This document shows positions 25,401 through 38,100 of a stretch of 64,000 nucleotides of DNA, piece after piece. The stretch is from NCBI RefSeq assembly GCF_964355755.1, contig NC_092674.1, positions 23,436,001-23,500,000 on the forward strand. Reading direction: 5' to 3'. The DNA comes from Antedon mediterranea. Lineage: Eukaryota > Animalia > Echinodermata. Made by a program: the position numbers and the translations under genes. Within the stretch, counting starts at the first letter, position 1; every line of letters starts with the position of its first letter. Below the pieces are notes generated by a model that had not been told where the DNA came from, did no database searches, and worked only from the letters and a program-made list of their open reading frames with translations.

Positions 25401-28400
25401 ATTCATTGTTACAGCTTGTGAGTCATGGCGAACAACGTGCTACACAGCACAGTGTACAAGTTTAAAGTTCACATAGCGACCATTCAAGCGTTTTATTTTG
25501 CACAGATTAAAAATACAAACAATTAGTACGCAGTAATTAAAAATGTACAACTACATAGACCCAAACAAAATAATTTTTAATTGCTGAATGTTTTGTCACC
25601 CTGCTTTAATTATATTATGTTACTAGTTTTACATTTTTGTACTCTACGAACTATTAAAAAAAATAAAAAAACATGCGCATGGTTCAGTGAGACCGGGCAA
25701 GTTCGTTCGTTTATGATCGCCGAGCATGGTACAATAATTACACGTCCCTGGATAACTTCAGGTTGCTGAACTTCAGTTAACCCATAAACACGTGTCTGTT
25801 CTTGCCGGCCATGCACTACATGCTTGCCGCACAGTTGTGAAACAAAAAATCTGGAATTCGCGAAAACGCTAATTAACTCTCGCGCAAAAGAACACGAACA
25901 TAATATTATATCGAGCAACAATTAGTAAGGTCTAGGCTAATAATTTAAATCTACAGTATTTGATTAGGGATTAGGCCTAAATAAGGAAGCGCCTGTTTTT
26001 GTGGAATTCAGATTTTGGGGCATCTATCCAAGCCTTGGCTAGGCCTAGTGGTCGTAGTGTCCACAAGGCTAGGCCTAAGCCTGACGCGATCTATTGCTAG
26101 TATTCATTTTGTAAGCGTTTTTTTGTTTTCTCGAATAATAACGGCGACTCCCCGGTGGTACAAGGTTAGGCCTAGACCTGATGCAATTTGTTGTTATTTA
26201 TTTTCATAATTCTTTATGTTTCGCTAAAATAACGACAAACCCCCGGGGGGGTGTATACACCCCTCCCCCCGGGGGAATTTGCCGACCGGCACTCCAAAAA
26301 GCTGGTGACGTCCCTGAATATGGTAGTGAATATGATGTCATCGTGTCCATATATGAGCACATCCACATTTTTTTGTAAAGTTTGATTGTGTAGACAGAGC
26401 TTAATACACTACTTTATATTGCCTGGTTTTCTTCCCGTATTTATATAGAATTAATTTGTTGAAATATGATGAAATCAATCTATGTTGTTTCAGATGATAA
26501 AGAAAAGAGTCGTTGGAAGAACATTAATAATATAGTAGAGGCGAAGTGCGCACTTAAGTGGCTGATGGAAACAGTAAGTTATAATTTCTTTTGCCCAAAC
26601 TCACCAGCTCAATGATAATAGTTCATTCTTAAATAGCTCATAAGCAAGCTATAAATCCGCTGTACACAATTTAAAACAGATAAGAATTGAAATTAATGAA
26701 AAACTTTTTTAAAAAGGAAAGACTTCTAGAAAGAGTCTGATAAAGTTGGTAGGGAATTCCACAGAGCTGGAGCTGCCACAACAAAAGCTCTTCCACCATG
26801 TGGATGTCCTAGTCGTAGGAACTACTAGCAGACATGAGCAGTGATGTCAAAAGTATAGGGCCTCCTCAGAAATATTATTTAGTAAATAAAGATAATCACC
26901 TAAAATATATATACCTGTATGATATTCAGAACATATGACTCTACTGTAGTTTATTGTTGATGCAATAAAATGAGTAAGTTTCTTGTTATTTTCACACGTA
27001 TAATTACTGTAATGTTCTCTGTTTTTATAAGCTTTAGCTTTATATTACTGTGTTATCGAATGATGATAAGTAGATAAATATACTTTTTAGAAAAATGGTG
27101 TATTTATTTATTGTCATTCATTATCATTTATTCAACCTAGTATTAAACAAGCCTTTATAAATCTATTTATTTTGACTTAACAGGCTGTAGTGTCTAAGGT
27201 AGAGAGTGGGGTTCATGTCGGTGAAGTTCGAGATTTACAGACTTCTCTTGATGAGGCTACCAAAGCCATATGTGAAATTAGGTCTCAACTTGAAGAAGTA
27301 AAAAAGACCCATCAACAGGATCTAACAAAAGTTCAGCAAAGTCATGAAGAAAAGGTAAAAATGACAAGTGTCAACCCTTGAAAATATGGGTGAAAAGGAA
27401 ATAGAATAGTTAGGACACTGTTGCATTGGAATTGTGAACAGGGTCAAGAGTTGACACTAATGCATGTCATGTTTATTATGTCCTTAGGCTAGACATTTAC
27501 ATTTGCCTCTTTCCACCCATGTGTACAAAGGGGTACCTGATAGGGTACAAAGGGGTACCTGATAGGGTACAAAGGGGTACCTGATAGGGTCAATCACAGC
27601 TTCTCTGATTATTAGCATTATGGTGCAGTATGTGTTTGATCCAATGATGTGAGAAGCCTTTCATTAAAGGACTATGTATACCTTGTCATCTGCCAATTGG
27701 CAGGTCCATGACAGTCTTCTTTCTCCATACCTCTCTAATTAGTGCTTCTTTTAGTTCCGAATATGTATATTTATTTTTTAATCTATCAAGCAGAGCTATT
27801 CCTTTTCTTCCTCTTTTTGGTTTACCTTCATAGCTTGCTTCTATCACAATTTTCAATAATCTTCCTTCCCTAATTTTATGTCCAATCCATTGTTTTTGCT
27901 ATCATTTTAATTGTTTGCCTCTCCTCCCCTATTTCAATCAAGGACTATGTATGAATGACAATGCATTATTATTGTTCTCATTGCTGTTGATTTAAATAGA
28001 AAATTTGTATTTGAGTATAGAATAGACCATCAATTATCTTCATTTATGCCATAAATAGTAATGTCTTCTCTTCTTCAAATTCTAGATCCTGTACCTGTTG
28101 AAACAACTACCACAGGCTACAGATCTCAGCATAACAAATGGTGCTGCCTCAGATAATAATCAAGAACTTCTTGACCGATTAGAATTTCAGGTAACTATTA
28201 TTACTTATAGAAATAATTTGTTGAAAATTTTCTTTGCTATACCAAAAAAAAAATTGTTGGTGAAACCTGCTTTCCAATGTTTTGTGAACTTCTCAAGTGC
28301 TGTTCCATCGAAGAAACGGTGACTATTTACTGTAAACAGCAATAGTGCCACCAGTCAATGTATTTGACTGGGATTGACCGGGCCTGCTCTGCCTTGTGCT

Positions 28401-31400
28401 GATGAGATCATCAAAGATGTGAGGTGTATCATTAACCCTCTTTGGTGATAAATATTACTACTAGTTAAAAATGTGTAGTATACAGTAACTGTGTAATTCC
28501 TGAAAATGAAATGGATGTTAAATAGATCATTTATTTCATTTTATTTATTTATTTTCCACATATTGTACAAAATAGAACAGATATTTATACTTTAGAAAAT
28601 AAAAAAAAAATATAAAGAGGACAATGTGTGAAAGGAGAACAAAATAAGTCATAATTGACCACATTAAGCAGTTGTCGTTGTTTTCTTGAGTAAATTATCA
28701 TAAATGTTAATAATTATTTTTATAGGAAAAGCAAATCTCTGATTTACATGGTCTTCATGAAAAGCTGCAAGCTTTTAGCTCTGAAAATGAAAACTTAAAG
28801 AAGGTAAATTGATATCAACTATTTCGGCGTTCCTCAAACTATGGGCGGCGGCCCAAATTTGGGGCACGACATTTTTAAGGGCTGTGGGATGGTATGGGAA
28901 ATAAAAAACACAAAGAAGATGTTTTCCCAGCATCAAATATGCCGTTCTTTTAGCAATATGAAGCTTTCAACAAACAATAAAATGTTGAGATGATACATGG
29001 TTATGAGTTAAGTCTATATGTGGTTGGATCTTGTCGAAAATGATTGTAAACATACCAAACACAATTGATGTGAGGCTAAAGTTTTGATGGCAGTGTAGAA
29101 TCTGTGACGCAAACCCAATAACATGCGTCATGTGTTACAAAGGGGAAACCTGCACTGAATTTTGGTAAATCATCAGTGAAAGTTTACCACCCAAATGAAT
29201 TACAATGTAATTTCCAGGGACCTACAGGTCCATATTCAATTTTCTTACATCAGGCCCAACCATGGTGATGCACCATGGGTAGTTGGGCTGCGGTTTGGTA
29301 CCGGATTTTAGGCCGCGAAATAAAATGTTTACGGAACTCTGATCTATATTGTCTTTAGATTGCTTTCTTTGTTGATACACTCACTCTTGCTATCCAATCA
29401 ATGTGATCACATCAATTATTATTTATTTATTCAACCATATTTCACGAGGGTGACCCAGCCAGCGGAAGCTTATGGCATCATTGACTTTCTTGTAGATGCT
29501 TTAATTGTAGAATGTAATTTGTTGGTTTATTTCGGTGCTCTGTTTTGCGGCCCCGGTTGACTAACTAGCATAGCTGTTTGCCTTTACATTAGTATATGGC
29601 AGAAATTGAATAATAAAAAAAAATAATAAAGGTTAGTTAGTTAGTCTAGTGCCAGTGCAACAGAATAATATTACAATTCTGAAATTTGTGTTGTTTGTTT
29701 ACACAGCAACTGACGCTTGCGAACTATCATGGAAGAAAATTGAATCTGATGCCTTCTATGACCTCACCAGATACGACCCCATCACCAGCCCCAAAGCCAG
29801 TCAAGAAGTTTAAGGTAAAGATACACTACTGTGTATCCATGTATTCACCACTGGATTAAATGAAATATTGTAGGGTTGTTTATACAGTCAATTCTCGCAA
29901 TACCAGACTTTCTGAAAACTGGAAACTCTCCAAAAACCAGACATTTCTTGATGTCCAAAATGTCCCAAATTCATTCATTTTGTTACCATTGGAAACACAT
30001 TTAGAATACCACATTTTCCAGAAGACCAGACATATTAGGCCAGTGTCCCGTATTGGGAGAGTTGAATCTTCCTTTAATTCTCTTCGATTAGATATCCAAT
30101 ATGCTTCATCTTTACTTTTCCTTCAAATAATTCCTCAAAAACCATCTCTCATATGTCCAATTAATTTTGATCACATTTTTACTTGAATTCCCCATTGAAG
30201 ATTTCTGTTTTTTTTATAAATTAAATTTGATTATTTAGTTAATCATATAAAAATTGTCTGTACTGGTCTAAGGGTCCCCAATGAACAGCTTCGACTGGAT
30301 AGACTTCCTCATAAAATATTTTTAAAATAAATATAATAAAAATGAACTTGATTTAATGTATAATAATAATAGCGTGTCAATTTATTTCTCAATATTAAAT
30401 AAATAAAATGTTTGAAATGAATATACTGTATTTATTAGAATACACACCCCTCCCCACGAAATAATTCCCCCTCCCCTCGAATAAATTCCCCCTCCCCTCG
30501 AATAAATTCCCCCTCCCCTCGAATAAACGCACGTATCCTATTACAACACATTTCTATTTGTAGTAAAATTCATTGATTGACATGATCTACAATTTACCAA
30601 CCATTTTAATTTTTACTGTATTTTATTACGTCTCGATATTAATTGTGTTCATATTTTTTCCAATCTATGACGTATTTATTTGATTATACATGTTACCATA
30701 TTACACCAAAACAAATAATTGCCTCCCCCGAACAAATGTCTTCCTCAAACGCACCCTCCAAAAACCCTCCCGGGTCGTTTATTCGAATAAATACGGTAAT
30801 AGTGAAACAAAGAAATACTTTGAAAATGAACGGTGCTTTTGTGACAGGAGGAACGTCATGGTACTACGACAGGATTTGAACCTAAGATGCATGGATTAGT
30901 AAGCTAACATATTAACCACAAAGCTACAGTGCCACTCTTATCATTTTTGTTTATTTTTTTATATTTTTATTTAGAAAAAAGTGTCCGAACCAAAAGAGCA
31001 CATAACAATTGAAGAACTGGATAATCTGTTCCAATCTGACGAAGAAGAGCCTAGTTCCGTTGATTCTGATTCAGATTGGCACGCGACTCCCATTATTAAG
31101 CGATCAAGAAAATTTATTAAGAAAGTATCCTTACCTTCAAAAGTAAGTTTTTAATAAAAATTAATTAGCGTAAAACCCTATTAAGACCGAACAAAGTGTC
31201 CCAACAGTAGGAGTGTCCCCTCTGAATGGATGGTTATGTTGTTGAAACACATAATTCGCCTCGTTTGTGTCACACTAAAGTGTCTCTTTAATAGAGGTGT
31301 CCCCTTAATAGAGGTGTCCCCTTAGTAGGAGTATCCCAGAACATGTGATTCATTCACTGCAATAAACAGCTGATATACTTTTTAAATATCTTTAGGGAAA

Positions 31401-32884
31401 GGTTAAAATGTGCACAAATACAGTTACTGCAGTAACTCCAATAGAATCATTGTGATATGAGAGTTCTTATCTGAGATTGAACCCAGGTCTTTCTGCAGTT
31501 TTCGTTTGTTAAACTTCCCAATTCTTGTCAAATGAAATATCATTATTTTTATTATTCTTCTTTCTATTATTACTACTAACTCGTGTGTTACTATCGTGTA
31601 GGATGGCTGCAAATGCAAACGTAGCTGCGGCAATAAGAAGTGTAGCTGTGTGAAGAATGGGATTGGTTGCAGTGAAAGTTGTGGTTGCTCACATGAAAAA
31701 TGCATGAATAAACAACCCAAACTTGTAAGTTTAATCATAACATTCTGGCTATACAGTGGAACCTTCAGGACCAAACAAATTGTCCCCTTAATAGCTGATG
31801 TCCCCGTCACATTTGACAGCGGGAAACCTGCCACTAATATAATGGATTAAAAATGTTTAAAACATATATAAAATATTTAAAAACATTTTAAAAACTTGTT
31901 ATATAAAATATCACATATCTTATTACAAAAACATTGATAATTATCAAAAAAAGAGTCAATGGAATTATCTTTTTTTTAACACAATTATTAAAAAGTAAAC
32001 TGATACGAGAAATAATTCAATAGGGGTGTCTCTTAAATAGTGGTGTCTCCTGAATAGAGGTGTCCCTTCAATAGAGGTGTCCCTTCAATAGGAGTGTCCC
32101 TTCAATAGGAGTGTCCCTTCAATAGAGGTGTCCCTTCAATAGGAGTGTCCCTTAAATAGAGGTGTCCCTTCAATAGAGGTGTCCCTTCAATAGAGGTGTC
32201 CCTTCAATAGAGGTGTCCCTTCAATAGGAGTGTCCCTTCAATAGGAGTGTCCCTTCAATAGGGGTGTCCCTTCAATAGGAGTGTCCCTTCAATAGGGGTG
32301 TCCCTTCAATAGAGGTGTCCCTTCAATAGAAGTGTCCCTTCAATAGGAGTGTCCCTTCAATAGGAGTGTCCCTTCAATAGAGGTGTCCCTTCAATAGGAG
32401 TGTCTCTTCAATAGAGGTGTCCCTTCAATAGGAGTGTCCCAAAGAGTTTTAATGTATTTTGTTTTGTATATTTCACTATAACATTATTTTTAAAACTATA
32501 ATAATGATAATTATTAGATTAATAATATTGTATTAATATTACATTTCTATTTTGTCCTCAATTTAGAATGAGAGTGAAAACACATCGCAGATGAATGCAA
32601 CCGTAGTTTTAGATTCCACAAATGATTCAGTTCGCACACCTACTAACGTCAGTTCATCTGAAAGTGACAACCAATCAGAAGGCAGCACAAAAAGCCGACA
32701 AATATTCTCACTATTAGATAACACTTTCACAAAAAAGGAGAAAAAATTGTGCAAGCGAAGTATAAAACCCATGAACGATTTAAAAATAGCGGAGAATTCG
32801 GATCCCGACGTATCTGGTCCGAATAAGAAGCGCAAGTTATTGAACAATAGCCATACTTTTTTTAAACCGTTAGTTAAATTCTGA
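7489..32884 (+). CDS. KIF4: Chromosome-associated kinesin KIF4 (kinesin-4), 24 coding exons, about 1231 aa
   Basis: Phase-compatible exons: 7489-7720, 8496-8689, 13388-13644, 14890-14984, 15445-15564, 16496-16791, 17220-17297, 20070-20315, 20672-20878, 21548-21651, 22518-22662, 22945-23055, 23472-23555, 23724-23837, 24079-24210, 24502-24631, 26494-26573, 27184-27354, 28086-28190, 28726-28803, 29707-29814, 30975-31142, 31602-31724, 32567-32884. Motor motifs [50 protein letters not shown] coiled-coil stalk follows, then a Cys-rich CXC exon ([14 protein letters not shown]...C) and a basic-FF tail typical of KIF4. Confidence 0.96.
7935..8370 (+). repeat. 30-bp intronic minisatellite (AATGAACCAGGGACTGACGAATTACCCTGC)
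   Basis: About 8 regular copies followed by degenerate longer units; explains the repetitive ORFs at 7839-8200. Confidence 0.92.
8713..10625 (+). mobile_element. tRNA-derived SINE split by a Harbinger insertion
   Basis: A-box-like GTGGCCGAGCGGTTAAG head at 8713; the body resumes after 10538; a related copy lies at about 63782-63970. Confidence 0.65.
8880..10535. mobile_element. Non-autonomous PIF/Harbinger element (1.66 kb)
   Basis: 30-bp TIR GGCGTCATCTACAAATTATTTCAGACCACA, TAA TSD, repeated subterminal AGACGCGTCT palindromes. Confidence 0.9.
10675..12716 (-). mobile_element. 5'-truncated, frameshifted LINE (CR1/L2 group) reverse transcriptase
   Basis: ORF fragments 12069-12716, 11347-12132 and 10959-11321 carry RT motifs ([51 protein letters not shown]); (TAAA)n tail near 10680. 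Confidence 0.93.
15580..15770. mobile_element. PIF/Harbinger-type MITE
   Basis: About 40-bp TIR AGGGCCTTTCACACCTG...CGGTTCCGGTCCGGCGA, flanked by TAA/TTA. Confidence 0.85.
17800..20058. repeat. Large intronic inverted repeat made of ~330-bp tandem units
   Basis: Two tandem units at about 17800-18470 (TTAGCATAAATTCAAAA...CCTAAGTG...TAGATATAAATGTGATATTAAAC) and about 1.5 reverse-complement units at about 19570-20058. Confidence 0.75.
20928..21212 (-). mobile_element. SINE (tRNA-like head, (TTA)n tail)
   Basis: Reverse-strand B-box GGTTCGAATCC at about 21167-21178; core ATACACCTGGGTGCAAAGAGGCAAA; (TAA)n tail at 20928-20940. A related fragment lies at about 27470-27590. Confidence 0.7.
21215..21480 (+). 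mobile_element. LINE 3' end fragment (L2/CR1-like)
   Basis: Reads ...[15 protein letters not shown]..., then GCGCT stem-loop and (TTA)n tail. Confidence 0.6.
25125..26316. mobile_element. hAT-like non-autonomous element with 6-bp TSD, inserted into a small MITE
   Basis: TIR CAGGCATGTCACCA / TGGTGACGTCCCTG; AATATG on both sides; host MITE halves at 25075-25124 and 26317-26402. Confidence 0.8.
26630..26860 (-). mobile_element. LINE 3' fragment
   Basis: The reverse strand reads [17 protein letters not shown], typical of L2/CR1 ORF2 ends. Confidence 0.6.
30426..30796. mobile_element. Tc1/mariner-type MITE
   Basis: TA-CTGTATTTATTAGAATA...TATTCGAATAAATACGG-TA with short internal C-rich repeats; a related copy lies at about 49736-49945. 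Confidence 0.75.
32015..32440 (+). repeat. 17-bp minisatellite (TTCAATAGAGGTGTCCC), about 24 copies, inside a pogo/Tigger-like MITE
   Basis: Direct tandem array; the MITE left end TACAGTGGAACC is at about 31752. Confidence 0.93.
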
Positions 32885-33087
32885 CTAACCGGTTCAAATT
32901 ATCCAACGTCTTTGTCTAGTAGGCATATATTTTTACATCAAGATTAACTTTGTATATATGTAATTCATGTAAATGAAATGTTATAATTGAAATGTAAGTG
33001 TAGTTCCCACGGGGCTGAGGGACACACAGACAAGAGAAAGATTGCTTTTAATTTGGTGAACGGCGGCTTTATGCTAGTCGAGAATCT

Positions 33088-33214
33088 TAAGCTCTGTCTA
33101 AATTGTCACCCTAGTTTGATAAAAAATGTGTGATGTGCCCAAATATGTTAGTAATATGACGATGTGTCCATATATTTGTTGTCACATAAAGTTTGGTAGT
33201 GTTGACAGAGCTTT
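33088..33214. mobile_element. ~130-bp PIF/Harbinger-type MITE family (AAGCTCTGTCTACAC...GTGTAGACAGAGCTT)
   Basis: TIR with TAA/TTA flanks. Other copies: about 25075-26402 (interrupted), 38383-38613 (tandem pair), 39428-39563, 40910-41030, 48035-48704 (interrupted), 53751-54056 (exon capture) and 59703-59775 (partial). Confidence 0.85.
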
Positions 33215-34417
33215 ACACCCCTGTTTGACCATATTGCCATATGTGTAGCTCTGGATATAAACAAGCGATTGAAGAGCACCTAATTACTCACCTAAACTGG
33301 AAAATATATATATATCTGCATTAACTTAAGTCTGTCAATTGATTTTTGATTAATAATGTAAATAAAATAAAATAAATTTTGTTTGGAAGTATTGATAGGC
33401 CTAAATATCATTTTAAAAATTCATGTCAAATGATTTATAAATGGAATAATGGGATATGAATTATTAAGGCATTTTGTAAATTAATTCATAAAATGATATT
33501 TGTATTGAAAAGCATACTAGTATATTTGTCTACTTTATCTGTCTACTCTGTTTCAATGAGTCGGTGTCACAATATTTTTTTTTTTACTCTATTGACGTCC
33601 CATATTTGTTTGTGTATTTCCGGTTACTCGTGAAGAAAGAAAGTTCGAACTATCCAAGCATGTCAAACAACAACAATTGTAGCTCCTCACCACATGTGAA
33701 TTTAGTTTGGATGGGTTGTTCCTTCGGTTCACCGTTCCTTCACGTTTTTGTTGAAATTGAAAAGGTGAAATGCAAAATTAAAACAATAACCAGCTTCTAT
33801 TATTAGGTCTAGGCTAATGTACAGTAGTATAATGTGTCATTTATTACTATTTTGATATTACTTCTATTTTTATTTTAGGTCTAGGCCTAGCTAGTAGTAG
33901 GCTAGCTAACTAGATAAGTAGTAGCTAGCTAGCCTGCTACCTGTCTGTAGTAGGCTGGTCATAGACCTCTAGCTAGTAGACTGTAGTCAGCTTGGAGGAG
34001 GCCAAGAAGCTGGCCTACCTACACTAAGTCATACGGATCGTACATTACAGCTAGCTACACTACTAGCCGCCTAGCTTTTAGTTCGTACAACTTGGTGTCT
34101 TGGTTGGTTGCTGCACTGTTTTGTTAATTTGTTTCGGAGAGAGGGGCATTTTTAATTACAGTTCTGGCACCAGAACGCAACAAACCATTCAGAGATACTA
34201 TTATTATTGTGTTCGCTATTACGCTGAGGCTCTCTAAACCTAAAAAACCCTCTAGACTAGGCAAATTGATAATCACCACCACGGTCACAGCCAGTTTTAA
34301 ACTACATTGGGGTATACTCACAACTAGTGTTTACAATTTTGGAGGCCAGTCAATTACGTACTGCTTACAGAAACCCAACCACTTTGTTTTAATTTAAGGT
34401 TTAGGACTTAATGAAAA

Positions 34418-35151
34418 CGCCGTGGCTAAAGATACGGTACCGTATCCTAACTTCCGTTTGCTAAAGGTACGGTAAAATTGCATTACGTCATAACCAGCCA
34501 ATGGGGTGCTGGGATGTTGTGTGTGACGTCATCGTATAAGGACTTTGGATTTTTTTTCAAAACAGTGATCAACCGCATTTTCTTTATGCTTCATTTACCG
34601 CTATTATCGCTGTCGTTTGTGACAAAAACTAAATGTAGCCTACGTCTGTTATAATTGAAAAGCCAAAACATGTTGATTTTAATACTAGAATACAGAAAAC
34701 TGTTTCAAAAGAGGCCTACTACTATGTACTATAACCTCATATGAGTTTGTGTAGGAAAAGCGGTGCCAGGTTGGGGCCAGCTGCATGTGTGCGCTGATTT
34801 CTGTGGCTCATAACTGGGGCTACTGTCTAAATCATAGTATTTGAGGGCCCCTTTATTGTCCGCATTTGCTTGTTTATAGTCACCATCTGTAAACAAAGTT
34901 TAATAAACAATATAGGCCTAAATAGGCCATTTGGAATAAAAATAAAACCCTCATCAGCGCACACGCATCCATGCAGCCTGGCGCTGCCGATAGGCATTCT
35001 CTACAGACTCGATATGAAAAAAAAATCCAAAGTCCTTATACGATGACGTCACATACCAGCACCTTATTGGCTGATTATGACGTAATCCAATTTTACCGTA
35101 CCTTTTAGTAAACAGAAGTTAGAATACGGTACCGTATCTTTAGCCACAGCG
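34418..35151. mobile_element. Non-autonomous Mutator-like element (734 bp)
   Basis: About 140-bp TIRs (CGCCGTGGCTAAAGATACGGTACCGTAT...) and a perfect 9-bp TSD TAATGAAAA (34409-34417 and 35152-35160). Confidence 0.92.
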
Positions 35152-35173
35152 TAATGAAAAATAAACAATAGAG

Positions 35174-38100
35174 ATGAATGTAATGGAAGGACCAGTTTGT
35201 AGTCTGAGGACCAGTTTCCAGTTTGAGGGTATACCTCATATTTTAGAAAGCATTTTCTGGCAACTTGATGCTAAGAGCATTTTGAGAGCAAAACAGGTTG
35301 GTATTTTTTATACTGTAATTTTAAACTAAAACAAAAGAAGGCTAACAAAGTTAGTTGATTTGTAAACAACCTTGACTACTAAAGCATATCATGATTGATT
35401 GATTTTATTCGATATTCATTTAAAATAGTAAAATATACAAAGTAGATAATTTAGAAAAGAATACGTACCTGGATAACCAAAAAGTTTATTATAAATATGC
35501 ATAATCAAGTAAAACAACTTTCGTAAGCACGTTATTGATTACAATTGTTGGAATTTACAAAACTGATTATGATTTTGTTGTTTCAGGTTTGTTGTTTATG
35601 GAAACAAACGGTCAAGAAGTTGGAGCGGAAAAAACATCTGTGGCGCCACTTATGCTTAAATGACATCTATAGGGCCTCTTTGATTGACATTATTGGGTTC
35701 AATCCCCAGTCACAGCACTTTGATTTGAAAAGAGTTTCTGATGGAAGATCAGGCTACACGGAAGATCTGTGGCAAAATGTGTATAGAAGTTGGAAGGCTG
35801 GACAATTGTTGGATCATTGTAAAAAAGAATCCTTCGAACCTGTACTACCTGTGAAGGGTCCATATGTTTGGAATAACATAGCACTAATAGGTGACAAATA
35901 TTTTCTTTTAAATAACAATAGAACCTCTATTAAGGGGACACCTTTTGTGTGATATGCTATAACATTCAGGCCATTTCCCATATTAGTACTCCTCACAGAA
36001 TATGTGAATAGTGGTGTCCCCTGAATAGAGGTTGACATCATAGTGTGATATAACATTCAGGCCATTTCCCAAATTAGTCCTCCTTGGTTTAACAGAATAT
36101 GTGAATAGTGGTGTCTCCTGAATAGAGGTTGACATCATAGTGTGATATAACATTCAGGCCATTTCCCATACTAGTCCTCCTTGGTTTAACAGAATATGTG
36201 AATAGTGGTGTCCCCTGAATAGAGGTTGACATCATAGTGTGATATAACATTCAAGCCATTTCCCATACTAGTCCTCCTTGGTTTAACAGAATATGTGAAT
36301 AGTTGTGTCCCCTGAATAGAGGTTGACATCATAGTGTGATATAACATTCAGGCCATTTCCCAAATTAGTCCTCGGTTTAACAGAATGTTTGAATAGTGGT
36401 GTCCCCTGAATAGAGGTTGACATCATAGTGTGATATAACATTCAGGCCATTTCCCAAATTAGTCCTCGGTTTAACAGAATATGTGAATAGTGGTGTCCCC
36501 TGAATAGAGGTTGACATCATAGTGTGATATAACATTCAGGCCATTTCCCAAATTAGTCCTCGGTTTAACAGAATATGTGAATAGTGGTGTCCCCTGAATA
36601 GAGGTTGACGTTATAGTGTGATATAACAAGCCATTTTCTATATTACTCCTTGTTGATTAAAACAGAATGTGTGAATACGGGTGTCCCCTGAATAGAGGTT
36701 TGACCTTATAGTATGATATATAACATTCAAGCCATTTCCTATATTATTTCTCGTTGGTTAAACAGAATGTGTGAATACGGGTGTCCCCTTAATAGAGGTT
36801 GACCTTATAGTGTGATATACAGTATAACATTCAAGCCATTTCTCATATTACTTCTCGTTGGTTATAAACAGAATATGTGAATAGGGGTGTCCCCTGAATA
36901 GAGGTTTGACCTTATAGTATGATATATAACATTCAAGCCATTTTCTATATTACTCCTTGTTGATTAAAACAGAATGTGTGAATAGTGGTGTCCCCTGAAT
37001 AGAAGTTTGACCTTATAGTATGGTATATAACATTCAAGCCATTTCTTATATTACTCCTCATTGGTTATAAACAGAATATGTAAATAGGGGTGTCTCCTGA
37101 ATAGAGGTTGACCCAAAGGGGAGGTTCCGGTGTATTCTATTTTGAAATGCCATTTTCTTTCACATGAAAAGTGTTGTGTTTGCTGAAATTATATATATAT
37201 TTTTTTCAGGAGCTTATATTTACATACTTTATTTTAGTGTATTGTATGTATGGAATGTCGATGTTGGTAATGAAATGATTTTCCATAAACGATTCACTCA
37301 CAGACGTCTTCATGGGCAGATTTATACATACTTACAAAGTAAGTAAGACATCCCCCATCCCCCTGACATTAACACATTTTGTGAATAAGTGCTTATAGCC
37401 CAGCAGCCAATGTCTATTTTTTACATAACCTTGCAATGTTTTCTATAGTTTTTTTATGGATTTTGATTCTTGATACCATCAGAATGAAGAATTGTTTTAC
37501 TGGACGGCTGTCAGCATTGAGCAATTTGCATAATTAGCATAAACAAAATGGCCACTGTTTTCATACATTGCTATATCTCTGGAAATACTGGATGTATTTA
37601 GTTAATTTTGTGTCAAATTGTTCACAATGTTTATGTTTATATTAGCTCTAATAGAACAGTTTTTGTAAAAGTGACCGGAACCCCATTTCAGAAATTTTGA
37701 AATTTGACCTCTTTTTGCCATATCTAAGTAATGGCAGGTCGGTAGGAATTAAAACATGTATGGCCCATAGAGAATCCAGAAGTTACCCATGGTTCATTTT
37801 GCCAAATTCATATGAGTCCCTTAAGGATTGAAGGTGCACAGACAGGCTTTTCAAATGGCTTAATCTTGTAACCCACAGTTTTAGCTGATATATTTCTAAT
37901 ACAGGGCCGTATGTAGCCAAATGCATTGATCCGATACAGAGGCCAAATGTAGAACTGAACATACAGTAGAGAACCGCGGAAGGGTCTAAATAGATGACCT
38001 GCTGTTGTTCATTTTAGGCAAATCCAGGTGGATTCCTTAAGGATCCGAGAGTGCACAGGCAGCTTTATTCCATGGGTCTATATGAACCCACAGTGTCATC

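Noticed and set aside
29262-29290. Hairpin CATGGTG-ATG-CACCATG as another footprint
   Set aside because: No matching 7-bp direct repeats; it sits in a larger inverted repeat inside a degenerate hAT-like MITE.
33564-33806. Short ORF before the F-box gene as a coding first exon
   Set aside because: Splicing from the 33764 donor to each nearby acceptor I tried hits a stop; at most an upstream ORF.
35930-37115. CRISPR-like appearance of regularly spaced repeats (also 5850-6011 and 58270-59380)
   Set aside because: The intervening segments are themselves repeated rather than unique spacers; eukaryotic intron context; no cas genes.
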